Shown one piece after another: positions 32,343 to 45,766 of a stretch of DNA of 64,000 bases (position 1 is the first letter of the stretch; every line of letters begins with the position of its first letter). The notes beneath the pieces are model-generated. The model ran no database searches and was not told the DNA's origin. It saw nothing but the letters and a program-made list of their open reading frames with translations. The stretch is from the NCBI GenBank assembly GCA_043228905.1, contig JBHGNT010000001.1:17174001-17238000 (forward strand), given 5' to 3'. Both the position numbers and the translations under genes were made by a program. This DNA comes from Azolla caroliniana. Taxonomy: Eukaryota; Plantae; Polypodiophyta.

Positions 32343-35009
32343 CTCGATGAGCACTTGATAAAGTTGATTGTACTTGCTTTGCTTTTTTGGAACTCAAGTA
32401 AGTTGTTGTTGTGATTGAATTGAGCATGAGTTCACAATCAACAATATGTTTCAAGAGTTCGGGAATAATCACATCTTCTTCCTTTAAGCATCCATGCATG
32501 TCTTGAATCTCAACAAACTCAAAATCTAAATTGTTTTCATCATATGCAAGTAGTTCATTGGTGTTGGAAGCTTGTGTCATAACTTCATCAATCTCTTCAA
32601 GGAGATTTTGATTAAGTTTTTCTGATTCATTTGAATCTGCATTTACACATTCCATGATTTTATCTCAAATTTCTTCTACATGTGCATTTTCAAGCAAATT
32701 GCAATTACATAGCAAAGCAACAAGATCATCAATGCATTGATCTTCCATTTCACCATCTTCTAAATCAACATGATTAGCACAAAATGATGGAATAATATCT
32801 GCCTTTCTATAACAATTAAAAATTGTCTCCTGCTTGATCTCATTCCAAGCAGTAACAATGAGATTCGCAACATCTAGCAAATGTGGCGACTTTCCAAAAG
32901 CTAAACCAATAGCGCCTCTTCTCATACGTTTAGCAACATCTTCCAAACGAATCTTAACATAATCTGGACTATCATGATATGCCAAGATTTCTCTTATCAA
33001 ATGATATTTATACCTCTTTTTCAAATTTGCAATGATTCCCATATCCATCGGTTGCTTCCAAGATGTGACATTTATCGGGAAAAAAATCACTTTGATAGCA
33101 TCACGCTCAAATGCTTCGGCATGACCAGGTGCATTATCAAGGATTAAAAGCACTTTGCAATTAGTTCGAGAACAAACAAATGGTACAAACACTTGATCAA
33201 ACCACTTATTAAAGCAAGCGCTATCAATCCAAGCATTTCTTTGCGCTACATAAGGTAATGGCCATGAATTTCCAATAATACAAGCAAGTTCCTTAGCCTT
33301 TCCAATGATCATAGTAATTGGAACTTTTTCAATTCCAGTTGCATTACAACAAACAACTACGGTAACTCTATCTAACCATTTTTTCTTACCTCGAATTGTT
33401 GTTGGATCTTCACTAGGCAAAAGCACTGAGTATCTTGGAGCTAATAAAAAAAACAAACCAGTTTCATTCATATTGTAAACATTGTTAGGATCATACTCAT
33501 TGACTATAGCATAAAGCATTTCCAAAGAAGCCAACAATTCAAGGTCATTTCTATCAACTGCCCCTCCTTCACCATATAAATTAATAGTATTCAAACATTG
33601 ACGATGATGAAATTTCCTAAATCAACCCCAAGTTGCTTTGAAGTCATCATTAGAAATATTCATTTCTAATGCCAATCGTCGAGCCTTCTCCATAATAACA
33701 AATGGAGGCAATGCAATTGACAATCGACGAGATGCATCAATCCAAGCATACAAGCATTCCTCTAATTCAGGATATTTTCCTTTTGATCCTCTAAAAGTTT
33801 TTTTTCTTGCATTGTGATCTTCTGGTTGAGCACGCAATCGTATCTCATCTTTCTTCTTGATCAAACTTCTAATAGCAGATTCACTTACACCAAATTGTCT
33901 ACCTATATTACGAAGAGAAGGAGATGATGGTTGTTCCACTAAATCCAAAATTTGTAGCCTTTGTTCATCATTCAAACGAAGTCCAACACCTCGCTTGTGG
34001 GTTAAATTCATCTCTGTAATATGCAATGCTAATTAGCTAAATTCACCCCAATATTTCGTCCCGTACCAATCAAGTTTAGATGTACAAAACCTTTTGAAGG
34101 CTTAAACTCTTTGACATTTAATGCATACAAACTTATTTAAGTCACAAATAACTTAAAATTCATAGAAGAATGAATTGGGTGGGTCTTCTCCAATTAAGTT
34201 GGAGTATTATCCATCAAGGAGGCGCACATGTTAGAATGTGGATACAATCTTGACCTAATTTCGTTGAAACTTTGCTTTGGAGAAAAACTAATGTTATGAG
34301 CCACAAAATGAATTGAGCTTAGATGTTCCAATGCTACCATTAAATAGGTTGGGCATGGGTCTATGAAGAGAAAGCTAGTAACCATGTGGACTAACATGAA
34401 GCGAAAGCTATTAATAGATTAATCAATTAATAGCTTATGGACATCTTCCAAACGAATGTCTACTTATGGATATTTTTCTTACTCTATTTCAGCCATCAAT
34501 CAAATTTTGTGGATTCAAAACCCTACTTATAGATATTTTTCTTACCCTATTTCAGCCAAATATGCGGATTATTTCTCCTAAACCACATGCCATATCAGCC
34601 ACAACAAAATATGTAGATATCAAACTAAAGAAATTGTGCACAATTTCTAAATAATTAACACATTACCATCTAAATTTTGCACAAATTTAGATGCTCTCTT
34701 CTCTTCCTTCTGTCATATTCATTCACAGGAAAGAGACACAAAAAACATACAAGAAAGAAAATACATACCTAAAGACAAATTTAGGAGCAAGAACGTGGAT
34801 TGGAGTAGCGTTAGGAGGACCAACAGGCTGATTACAGAAGAAGAGAGGGTCTCTGTGATGGCTGGTTGGGCTGCGCTTTCTGCTAAAGAGAAGAGAGAGA
34901 GGAAATTGGGGGGGGGAAATTTTGACTTAAAAAGCCCTAAGTGTGCAGCTCGGTTAAGTGTGCACTTCTTCCTTGCATTCAAAGTGCACACTTAACAGAA
35001 TGTTTACTA
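32343..35009 (-). mobile_element. pogo/Tigger-family DNA transposon (Tc1/mariner superfamily), decayed, one end missing
   Basis: CENP-B-type HTH (33622-34026) and DDE_1 domain (VYNMNETGLF, LILDNAPGH, QPMDMGII; 32665-33594). TIR-like TA|TAGTAAACATTCTGTTAAGTG at 35009. The first catalytic D reads N and the ORF is broken. Confidence 0.85.
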
Positions 35010-35657
35010 TATACATTTTATGAGTTTTTGAACGTTTGATAAAAATTTATAATTACATATTTTGATTCAATCTCTATAGTTCATACTCATTGTTTTGTAA
35101 AGTTCTAAAGTGAGGAGGATAGAGATGTCTTGATTCTATCCCAAAGGTATACATGTGATACAATGCAAATATTGCAACCATACTTATGTTGGTGGTTCAC
35201 AATAGATTAGAGTCCACTTATTGGGATTGAGAGTGAATCAATATATAATATAGACCATAGTCAATCCAATCCAACTTCGAGATGATTTACCATAAACGTT
35301 TGATTGAATCATTCTCGAATGTGAATGCACGTATGATACGTATGGTTCATTCTATGCATACATGTATGTATGTATAGTATAGATTGTTAAGATATATAGA
35401 TGCTCGTGTCTATTAGCTACCAAATCATAAATAGATTTGGGGAGGGAATCACGGCCACGGACGATGCAGGTTGCTCAGAGGAAAGCGTGTGTGATCTGCA
35501 CCATCCGATTTGGATAAGAAAGAACGCGCGAAAAAAAATGTGTCAAAGGTCGCCCAACTCTGAGTCCTTGGTCGCCCAACCTTGACCGTTATAGGTTGCC
35601 CAACCACCCAAGTATTTTAGAAGAATAAATGAAGTACTTAACAAAAATATTATTAAA

Positions 35658-35724
35658 ATGTAATGGTTTAGTGGTTAAGAGTTATTATTTTTGGTTAATA
35701 GGTGCAAGGTTCAAATCTCTTTTC
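35658..35724 (+). other. Degenerate tRNA-like A/B-box cassette
   Basis: TGGTTTAGTGGTTAAGAG ... AGGTTCAAATCT at tRNA spacing, just after three GGT(C/T)GCCCAAC repeats (about 35548-35605). Confidence 0.5.
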
Positions 35725-36252
35725 CTCTCTTATTGAGAAGAGGGTTTATTTTGCTTATTGGTCAATTTTGATATCATTTAGGTTTTCTTCTTCTTCAACT
35801 TCTTTCTTTTTTAGGGTTTCAACATTTGGTTTAGGGATTTTAGCACAAGCAATTGATTCTTGCATGTATATTAATATTCCTCCCATCAACGAGGAAGAGA
35901 TTAATATATGATTGCTTCAATATGTGAAGCTTATCGATCAATATATGTGCTACATATCAATCACACTAAATATTGGCAATACAACATTTCTTTCTAGTGC
36001 ACCTTTTCCTTAGATTATATAGTTTGCAACAAAAATACAAACGCAAAACCAACTTACTATAAAAATGAAATATGTTTCAAATCAAACCACCATTACACCT
36101 AAGGTTCAAATGATGTTTCAAAAAAACAATAATTCATTAGACTGAAGGAAAGTAATGGAAACTATTCTACCTTATTTCACTTAATGGAATATCTTATTAA
36201 ACCCCAAAATGCTTTCTTCTTTTCATATTTCATCTATCTAGTCAATATTGTA

Positions 36253-39200
36253 GAGAGCTTCGGCCACTCGTCGGTGGCTGTCCTGCGTTTATTAGCAGAG
36301 GTTCTGCTCAGAGGTGCTAACAGCTAGGGGAAATTGTTTGAAGAGCTTCATCAAAGTGACAAGGGAGCGACAGAGAAGGGGATGGGGCTGCGGTCTGAGG
36401 AAGCGCTGGAGGAAAAGCAAGTGAGAGCGAAAGGGAAAGCTTCCTTCCATCGTCCTCGATGGCCTTCTCTGCCTCTACGTCGACAAACCTCTCGTCGAAT
36501 AGCGCAACCCAAATCGGGATTGGCATTGAAGATAGTCGATAAGGAAAAGTCTTCGGCATCAGGCGGCCGAACGATGGAAAGGCGGCTATTGATGTTGCAA
36601 TGCCAAAGCGTAGAGAGATGCAACAATCTTTTGGAGATGGCGACGGTCAAACTTCCTCAAGTGACATAATTAGAACAGGTATGGTTCCTAGCCCTCCTCA
36701 AGCTGAAGTATTAGATACTGGTATGCCCACTTGTATGCATTCGGGCCCAAAAGACCAGAAGCCATTAAGGGGGGAGTTGAACACGACACTTGCCGAAATG
36801 AATAACAAGGAAATCATTGACAATGGCATGACGAAAAAGGAGTTTATTGGCTTCGATCTAGTCCAAGAGAAGTCGGTGGAGGGGAACATTGACGAAAGGA
36901 GAGGAATCGACCTCTAGCTTTCTCCGGTCGAGAATCAGAGGTTGGCTGAAGAAGTGGGTAGGTTGCAATGTTCATCATTCATATGTCAGCTATTAGGAGG
37001 ACGCCCTAGTAAAGGGTTGTTAAGAGACATGCTACAAGCAGCCCTTTTGGGTAAAATGCCGCCTATCCTAAACATCTTGCGAATGGGCCTTAATTATTAC
37101 CATTTCATCTTAGAAGAAGGCCATAATGTGCAAGAAATTCTAGACCACAAATGGATTACGCTCAAGTATGGTAAAGCCATGATTTTGGAATGGAGTCCAG
37201 ACTTTAATGCAATGGAGGAGCATAAAAAAGTCGGCACTCCAGTGGTCATTACCGTATGCTTCCCAGACCTACACTTCCAACTCCATCATTTGATCCCAAA
37301 GTTGGCACACAATATTGGGATGGTATGTATAGAGAAACCTTCATTTGCCGATAAGGTGGCTGAAATCCCCAAGCTAAAGGTGTTGGTTAGAGACATAAAA
37401 GAATTGCCAACAGAGATTAGAGTCCACACGGAGGATTTTGGCCTAAGGGTGGTGAAGGTTAGCTATGAAGGCTTGTCGGGCCAGTGCTTTGCATGTAAGG
37501 AAATGGGCCATAGGGCCAAACAGTGCCCTTTGTATTGGAAGACAAGAGAAGGCAAAGGAAATCAAGGCACCAAGATGCCCGATAACCCAATGTCAGTGAT
37601 GGGTGGGCAGAGGATCCTCGCTCATGTTGGGAAGCAAGTCATTGGGGAAGAAGGATGGGTAACGCCAAGGAAAGTTGCTAGATCTAGCATTCACAATCAA
37701 AAGGGTCCTCTTACAAGTGTTGGTTCCAGTTCGAACAAATGTGATATCTTGTCACAAAGGGAAGAGGAACCCGAAGAGGGTGAGATAATTTTGACGACTC
37801 CGATTGATTTGCTTCCAAGAGTCAAGACCTTCAAAACACTTGTAGAGCCCTCTAAAAGCCGAGGCAAGAGATTTTCAGCAGACCTAAGAATGGTTAATGC
37901 ATGGATTAGGAAAGGGAAGGACAATGAGAGTCATGCAGACATGGGTATTAGTGAAGTGCAGGAAATGACTACCCAGATAGAGGCTGGAAATCCCTCGCTT
38001 GTGGGTGTTGACTTTGTTATGATGAAAGATTGGAAGATGCAAGGTATGGAGGTACCCAAAGTCATAGTGAACATTAGTACTCCCAAGGAAAGAATTCATG
38101 TTTGGAATAGAGCACACATGGTTCTCATCAATAGTGACTCTAGTAGATCGGAGATCGGTTGCTCCTTCGAATTGGAGCCTGATATGGAACATGGAAGGGG
38201 AGAAGAATCCGCTTTGAAGACGTTCTATAACAGGGCAACAGTGTGTATGTGATACCTTATATCTGAAAACGAAGCTAAGGGGCTGCATGCACAAGGGAAA
38301 AGCTCCTTGCTACATGGGGATATTCTTGAACTTGGTCCAAATGTTCCCTTGGTTTGCATATGGAGGGTGCATGATCTTATGCTAAATCCTGGTCAGTTCC
38401 ACTTCCAGTGTGGTGAATTACCTACTGATCAAAAAAGGGAAATAAGAATGGAGTGGAAAAACATATGGAGTATGATGACAACATATTTGTCGAGCAAGGG
38501 TGAATCCCCCTTGGCCCTTCTTTTGAACCCAAGTCAATGAGACTTTTCTCTTGGAATGTGTAGGGACTTGGTGGGTTCCATCATCTGCTTGAGAAGCAAA
38601 TTTTTAGGAAGGAATTTGAAGTTGTTAGCTTATGTAGGATTGATATTTTGCTCTTACAAGAGCATCAACTTGGCCGGGAAAGGACAGAATTGTTCAAAGA
38701 CCCGCGAACAAGGGATTGGCACACATGGTGGGCTCCAGCTCACGGCATGCTAGAGAGGAGAGGTGGAGTTTGTATTTTGGTGAGAAAATCACCGGATATC
38801 ACCATTTTGGACCATGGCATACTGATAGTGACAGGAACTACACGCTCCGATGAACAACGCTCGGCCACAACCGAGTCTAAAATCAAACACAAAAAACGGA
38901 TAATGAACGCACGACACAAAGGAGAGAAGAGTACACAGGATGTTTAACGTGGAAAACCCTGAGAGGGAAAAACCACGGGAGTTCACAGACTCCAAACTAT
39001 CACTATATCACAATGATTACAATAGTGAGCTCGCGGAGGCAACGACCTCGTGCTCACGATCTTCGCCACAGGCGGAGGTTACAATAGAGGCAACGACCTC
39101 TTCCTCTCTCTCTCTGTACACTGTTACACGCTCTCTAATCTAGCGCCAACAAGAATGACAACCACTCTCTAAGTTTGCCCTAAGTCATATTTATACTAAT

Positions 39201-42200
39201 ATGACTTTTCGGCTATTTACAAATATAGCCCCGATGGACTCTCAGAAAACATATTTACGAATATGTCCCTTCATCCGGTGAGCACTCCTCACCGAGCCTG
39301 CATCATCCGGGGCTTGCCGGGTACTCCTCATCCAGTTCTCACCGGGTCTTCATCATCTAGCTCTTGTCGGGTACTCGTCATCCGGTTCTCACCAGGTCAT
39401 CCCATCCGGAGGGACCTGTTTCCTAACAAATAGAAGGAAGGGTCATGTTCTGTTACCTAGAATGGAGGAATGTGAAATTTGGGGTGTTGAATGTCTATGC
39501 ACCAAATAGTAGCAGTGAGAGGACCTTTTTTTGGAGCAAGTTGGCAAACAAAATTCCCTCTTATGACAACTAGATAGTAGCAGGAGATTTCAACATGACT
39601 GAGAGGACCAATGATTGTCAGGGCACTCACTCGAACTTATTACAGGGAGAGGAGCTTAGAGCATGGGGTTTCCTAATTGCTATGCTTGCAATTAGAGATT
39701 CTTGGTACTCTAGTATGGTGGTTGAGGAGAACTCCTTGCAGTTTTCACGTTTTGGTTGGAAGGAGAGTGAAGGATGTCATTCTAGATTGGACTGCATCTA
39801 TGTGAGCCCCAAAATTGAGGATTGGAGCGGTTGCACATCCATTCTAGTTGGCTTTACCTACTCCGATCACCTTCCAGTCTCCTTGACTCTCGATCCTATT
39901 CATAAGAAGAAGAGTGAGTGTAATTTGAGGATTCCCTCGAAGATTTTTGGTATCCAGAAGGTTAAGGAAGAAGTGATTAACATTTGGTCAGCATCTCCTT
40001 CATTCGATGACCCATTACAGGTACTAGAGGAAATGATTATTAATTCTTCACATGCTCTTCAGAAAGCGGCTAGAGAGGAGCTAGTAAGGTGTTGTTCCCA
40101 ACTACAACGCATGAGGAAGGCAGTCACCTCAGCTCAAAAGCTTACGCAAGTGGACCCTCACTGTTCTTGGGCAAAAGATAGACTGCAAGAAGCCACAAGG
40201 GTGCTGCAGGAGATTAGGCAGCAAAGGGAACAATTCCTCTTCAGAAAGTCAGCAGCACTGTGTGTTGTCAAGGGAGATAAAGTTAATAGTGAGTTTTTTC
40301 TCACCAGGGCTCCAAAACTGAAGGGAAAGCCTATTCTAAGTCTTAAGAGATAGGATGATTCGGTGACAACTGACCAAGATGAAAGCTTGCAAATGGCAAT
40401 GAAGTATTACAGAGACCTTTTAGCTCCAACATTGATAGAAGCCCCACCGATTCACTTGATGCAGCATGTAGTTGCATGCTTGAAGACCAAGATTGGAGAG
40501 GTAACCAAATTACAGTTGTCAAAGACAATAGAGAATGAAGAGATTATAGCAGGGCTAGATAGGATTCATAGCAGGGCTTGCCCTAGAGTTGACGGCCTTC
40601 CCAAAGCCTTCTTCGTGGAATTTTGGGAGCATATTTTTCCTAGTTTGGAAGCTGGATTGAGCTACCGTGGGAATGGAGGTGTGTTGCTCAAGCCCTATAT
40701 AAGAATGGCTCAAGTAAGGTGTTGATTGCAGGGAGGAAAGTAGTTACAATCTCTCTAACTAGATCCATTAGGCAAGGTTGTCCTCTCGCTCCCTTTCTAT
40801 TCCTCTTTATTACTGAAGCAATGTCTACCTTTTTTAATAGCCAAACCGCAAATTTACATGGTCTTTCAATCCCTAACACAAGGAAGTCCTTGCTCGACTC
40901 GGAGTTCACGGATGATACGATGCTATACCTCCAAGGTAATGAAGCAAATCTGGGGAGGGCACAAATTGCTATTGATCATTTTTGCAAAGCATCGGGAGCC
41001 GCCATCAATTGGAATAAGTCCAACGGTTTTTGGATTAGCTCGGAGGCCGAGCCGATATGGAAACCAAATGTTGATTTCAGATGGATTGCAAAAGGGGAAG
41101 GCATTAGATATCTAGGAATGTGGATTGGTGTAGATATTGACAAAAGAATTCAGTTGCAACAAATTCAAAGTAATATTTGCAACAAAATCTACATCTGGTC
41201 AGGGATGAATTTATCATTAGCTAGCAAGATCATAGTAGCTAACCATGTGCTCTTGTCTACTATGTGGCACGCGGTCTCAGTGTGGATGTTTGACAAACAT
41301 TCTATTCGTATTGTTAAAGCGTGTATTAGGGGCTTTCTATGGGCTAGGAATAGCGGCAGCTAAAGTATCATGGTCTATGTTGATTCTTCCCAAAAGTAAG
41401 GGGGGTCTAGGATTGATAGGCCCTGGAGTACAAAGTCAATCATTGCTATGTAAGGTATTGGTAAGGAGCTTGCTACCCGGAAGTGAGTTATGGAAAACAT
41501 TGATTTTTAATAGGAGGATCCTTTGGAGTCCACGACTTAGTGGACAGTGGAAGCCACATAAATCATGGCTTTTTTGTATGGACTTAAAGCTTAGGAAATC
41601 TAATCGATTGGTTGATCGCACACGTATGTCAGTGATGAAGGCGTGGGATATGCTCTGTGGGCATCTTAGGCGTATAGGTCCAAGTACTAATGCTGAATGG
41701 ATGCACCAGCCCCTATTGTGTAACGAGACCTTAAAGTCGACCGAGGGGAATATGCTTGGCCAGCACAAGGGTATGTCGTGGGCTATATTGCATGGTATTG
41801 GCATTCAGTCAATGGCAAATTGGATGTAGTTGTCCCCTAGTAATCGGGATAAATTATATGAAGATGCGAGAAAGTTCAAAAATGGTAGGAAGATGCTTGA
41901 TCTAGTCGATAAAGTTGTTTACTCTATTCCTATTAGTAATGGGGACGAGGGTGAATGGTTTGGACAATGTGATGATGCCAGAAAAGTTATCAATGCCAAG
42001 GGTATAGGAAAGAATGGGAAGATCATCCAGTTGGGATCTGTAGTTGCAGGTGCTCGTTGGTCCCCGATTAGAATTGTGGCACGAGACGGTAAGAAATGGA
42101 AGGTGAATCCATCAATCGCTGAGGTTGAGGAGGATTGGATCTGGTATGTAGTTGAAGGCAAGCCACTTGAGTGTTTAGAATGGGATCCTGCAAAATATGT

Positions 42201-43261
42201 GTGGAGGGACGAACAAGGTAAATCACATGGTTTCTTTGACTTCTCAACTCGCTTGGGTAGGCAATTATGCTTGCATCGTGAGAAGTGTGCCAACAAATGG
42301 ACCCATGTAGCTGTTGATTCGGTCTTTGTAGATAAAACCAGGAGCATGATATGGAACTCTTCCCTCCCCGAGAGGGTCAAGGTGTTTTTTTGGCTAATCA
42401 CCCATCGGGTTGTTCCAACCGGAAAGTGACTGGGGAAAAGGGGTGGCATGAGTAACTACAAGGCCTGTGGAGCGAGTTTGGAGGACATCGCACATTGTTT
42501 ATGGAGTTGCCCGCAAGCCCAAGAAGTTTGGAAGAGGAGCTTAAGAATTCTGGCTCGATGCGGAGTTGAAGTTCAGGTATCAAGTGCAGTCGTTGTTTGG
42601 TTAGCAACTGACTCAGTTGCATGGTTTCATGGGTGGAATGGAAATAGCCCTTCTTTAAAGGTGGCGAATAGTATAGTTCAGCCTGCAGCTCAAGGAGATT
42701 AATTCTTCATACATGACCGATATGTAGATATTTGGATTTTAGTGGTTGGCCTTACTGTTTGGCAAGTATGGGTATCAAGGTGTAAGGAGTCTTTTATCGG
42801 GAAGCGAACCCCATCGGCTGAGAGTTTAATGATGATTTGGTTTAATCTGATTTCTACGCTACGAGGTAAGTTTGATAGCCTTCAAGGGCCCTCTGATGCG
42901 AGTGAAGAAGCTAGGTACCGCTTCCTTCTAAAATGGAGAAGTTCCCCAATGTTACAGATGGTGGATAGTAATGCAAAGTGGATATATCAGCCTCCCAGAT
43001 GGTTGTTCCCTCCTAGGGTACCAAACATAGAGGTAGGTGCTGAATTGTGAAGTGATTGGCATGTGTCTTTGCTGAATGTGGGTGTGTGAGGCTCATGTTG
43101 ATGGGTGTCTGTCGAGTAATTATGTGATGAGACTTAGTTGCTTCATTTATACATGATGTTTTGTTGTAGGCCTTGCAAAGTGGCTTGTAACATATGAGTT
43201 GTATATTATTCCTTGTACTTTTTCTTAACTAATGGAAGTAGAATATTTTATTTATTTTTTA
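36253..43261 (+). mobile_element. Full-length decayed L1-clade LINE with 9-bp TSD
   Basis: TSD AATATTGTA at 36244-36252 and 43262-43270; ORF1 knuckle CFACKEMGHRAKQC; ORF2 starts MRLFSWNV at 38537, with NVYAPN, RLDCIYV, SDHLPV, SIRQGCPLAP, FTDD and zf-RVT remnants. Confidence 0.9.
38829..39428 (-). mobile_element. Solo LTR (600 bp, copia-like) inserted in the L1 endonuclease domain
   Basis: TGACAGGAA..TTCCTAACA ends; TSD GATAG/AATAG; removing it restores LDHGILIEGRVMFCYL...NVYAPN. Confidence 0.85.
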
Positions 43262-45539
43262 AATATTGTACCTTCTGTTACATGCAAATGAACACAAATT
43301 CAACTATGACATACTTGAAACATAAAACTTAAAACATAAATCAACATATGACATACTTGAAACTTAAAACTTAAAACAAAAATCAACATATCACAACTAG
43401 CAACTAGCATGTATATTAATGTATTCTTCCTATCAATGAGGAAGAGATTAATATATTATTTATTCAATATATGAAGGTTATCAATCAATATATGTGCAAC
43501 ATATTAATCACTCTATTGGCAATACAACATATTAATCACACTTCTCTCGTAAAAATGCAACACTAACAAAGAGGTTAACAAATTTTGCTTATAATATGAG
43601 AAGTTTACTAAACAAAATAATATGTCAAGAATATTGATATTTGTGACATAATCTATGCAAAAAGAAATATTTGTGTAAGCTTAATATAACATATAAAGAT
43701 CATAAAAGAGCTATATGTATAACATTACATAGTATTTTGTAGATATAATTAGAAATCTGTGAGTGAACCTTATTTCACTTAGTGGAATCTATTACTAAAC
43801 CCCAAAATGTTTTCTTCTTTTCATATTCCATCTATCTAGTCAATGTTGTACCTCTTGTTACATGCAAATGAACACAAATTCAGTCTTAAAATATCTAAGT
43901 TGAGATTTAGACCTAATAACATTTCTCCTAAGGTAATAAAGTTCACCTAATAAGCCTCAAGTAATAATAAGGAATCTAGGACCAATATTTGTTAAACTAC
44001 TAGTGGTGCTATAGTATTTTTCAACTTTAAATTTTTTGTGAAGTAGTCTTAGAACAACCAAATACTGATGATTACTACTCAGGTTAATCTCTCATAAAAA
44101 ACATGTCATCTTGCAACTCAGGTTAATCTCTCATATATGTACTGCTTCTATATGAAAACATGCATTTACTTCTTTTGTAAATCCATTTTTTGCAATTTTG
44201 TCAATATATACGAACATATTCTCATCAAATATACAGAATGTTGCTCGGTGTACATAACCATTCAATTGTTCCATCTGCATAATTAAATTTCTCCACACAA
44301 AAAACATGAATCCATCATATGTGGAATATACAACAGTATGACAAAAAAATAAAATTTAGTATTTTTATTCATGATTAAGCACAAATTTACAGATTGTTTT
44401 ACTGCCCCTTTGCATTACAAACAACAGTGTGTAAACTATATTACAAAGAATTATACATTGCTTCACCTTCGTAACATCAAGTAACAATTGGGACGTTAGA
44501 TGAACTATATTTTTGTTTACCCAAAGAACCCATCTCTTTGATGTCAACTTTACAGCTCATAGAATAAATTTCCGCAACCAGAACATTCTCTACAAAACTC
44601 GCTTTAGTCGATCATAAATAATGTTGTTACCTATCCTGAAATATAATCGTTTAGTAGCCATATCCTACAAAAATAGTTTCATGTTATAACACGTGTCTAT
44701 TGTATGATGCAGAAGACACTGCACTAAAAACAAATATGGATATGCATCAATATAGATCTATCACGTCCCTAAAGCACCACGTTCAGCATACGAATATAAA
44801 AAATTGTGTATATATGAGTTTATAGAAATATGTAAGTGTAAATATAATGCACAAAGAACTCCATTCATAGATGTGGGTATATGTCATGTATAAGTAAGTA
44901 GATAAAAATATATATCATACAAGCATGTAGGTAGGATACAAAAGGGAGTTATTTACCACACTAAAGTAGTTACTAATAAGAAAACAAGCTCTCAATTGCG
45001 TGTAGATCGGGAATTTTTAAGAGCATAGAAATGCTGAGCATGCAAGAATAAATTGACAAAAAATTTATAAACATTATTAAAAGTGATCGATCAATCACAA
45101 TGCTCAATTACAAGATTTGATATTTGATATTCGATAAGAGGATTTGTCCACAACAAATTGATACAAGAAAAAAAAAAAATCAAGATTCGGATGATTTTAT
45201 CTCTACAAGAAGACCAAATACAATCACTCAAACTAAATGTAACCACCCAAAAGCCTTGCTAGTATGAAAAGAAGCCATTGAGAGAGGTCTATGAGTGGTG
45301 TTTTTTGGGTTTAACATGTCTTCAGTTTAGAAGGCATTCAATTCTTGGGAGTATTACAGTACACAATTAAGAAACGTATTCCTTAAGATAATCTAAAATC
45401 TAATCAACTAGAGCAAACGTATTGAAAACCCTAGAGTAAGTATGTGCAAGAAATGTTGTTTATTTGTAAACCCCAGAAGGGAGAGAAGAAGAAGAAATAA
45501 AGAAATTGGCTTCTAGCATGCATGCACATGATAGGTAGG

Positions 45540-45570
<31 letters not shown>

Positions 45571-45654
45571 GTAAGTAGATAACTTGTTTATCACACACAA
45601 TCAATGTATGTAATAATGTATGTATGTATGGTACATAGAGATTGTTAAGATAGG

Positions 45655-45685
<31 letters not shown>

Positions 45686-45766
45686 CTTCTTTATCTACAA
45701 CAGCAGCTGGAGCTGGAGGTGGAGGTGAAAGACCACCCTTCTCCATCTTCGTCTTCATCTTTTGCC

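Noticed and set aside
43900-45500. Possible decayed transposase or other coding remnant
   Set aside because: AT-rich with only short ORFs and no motif I can identify.
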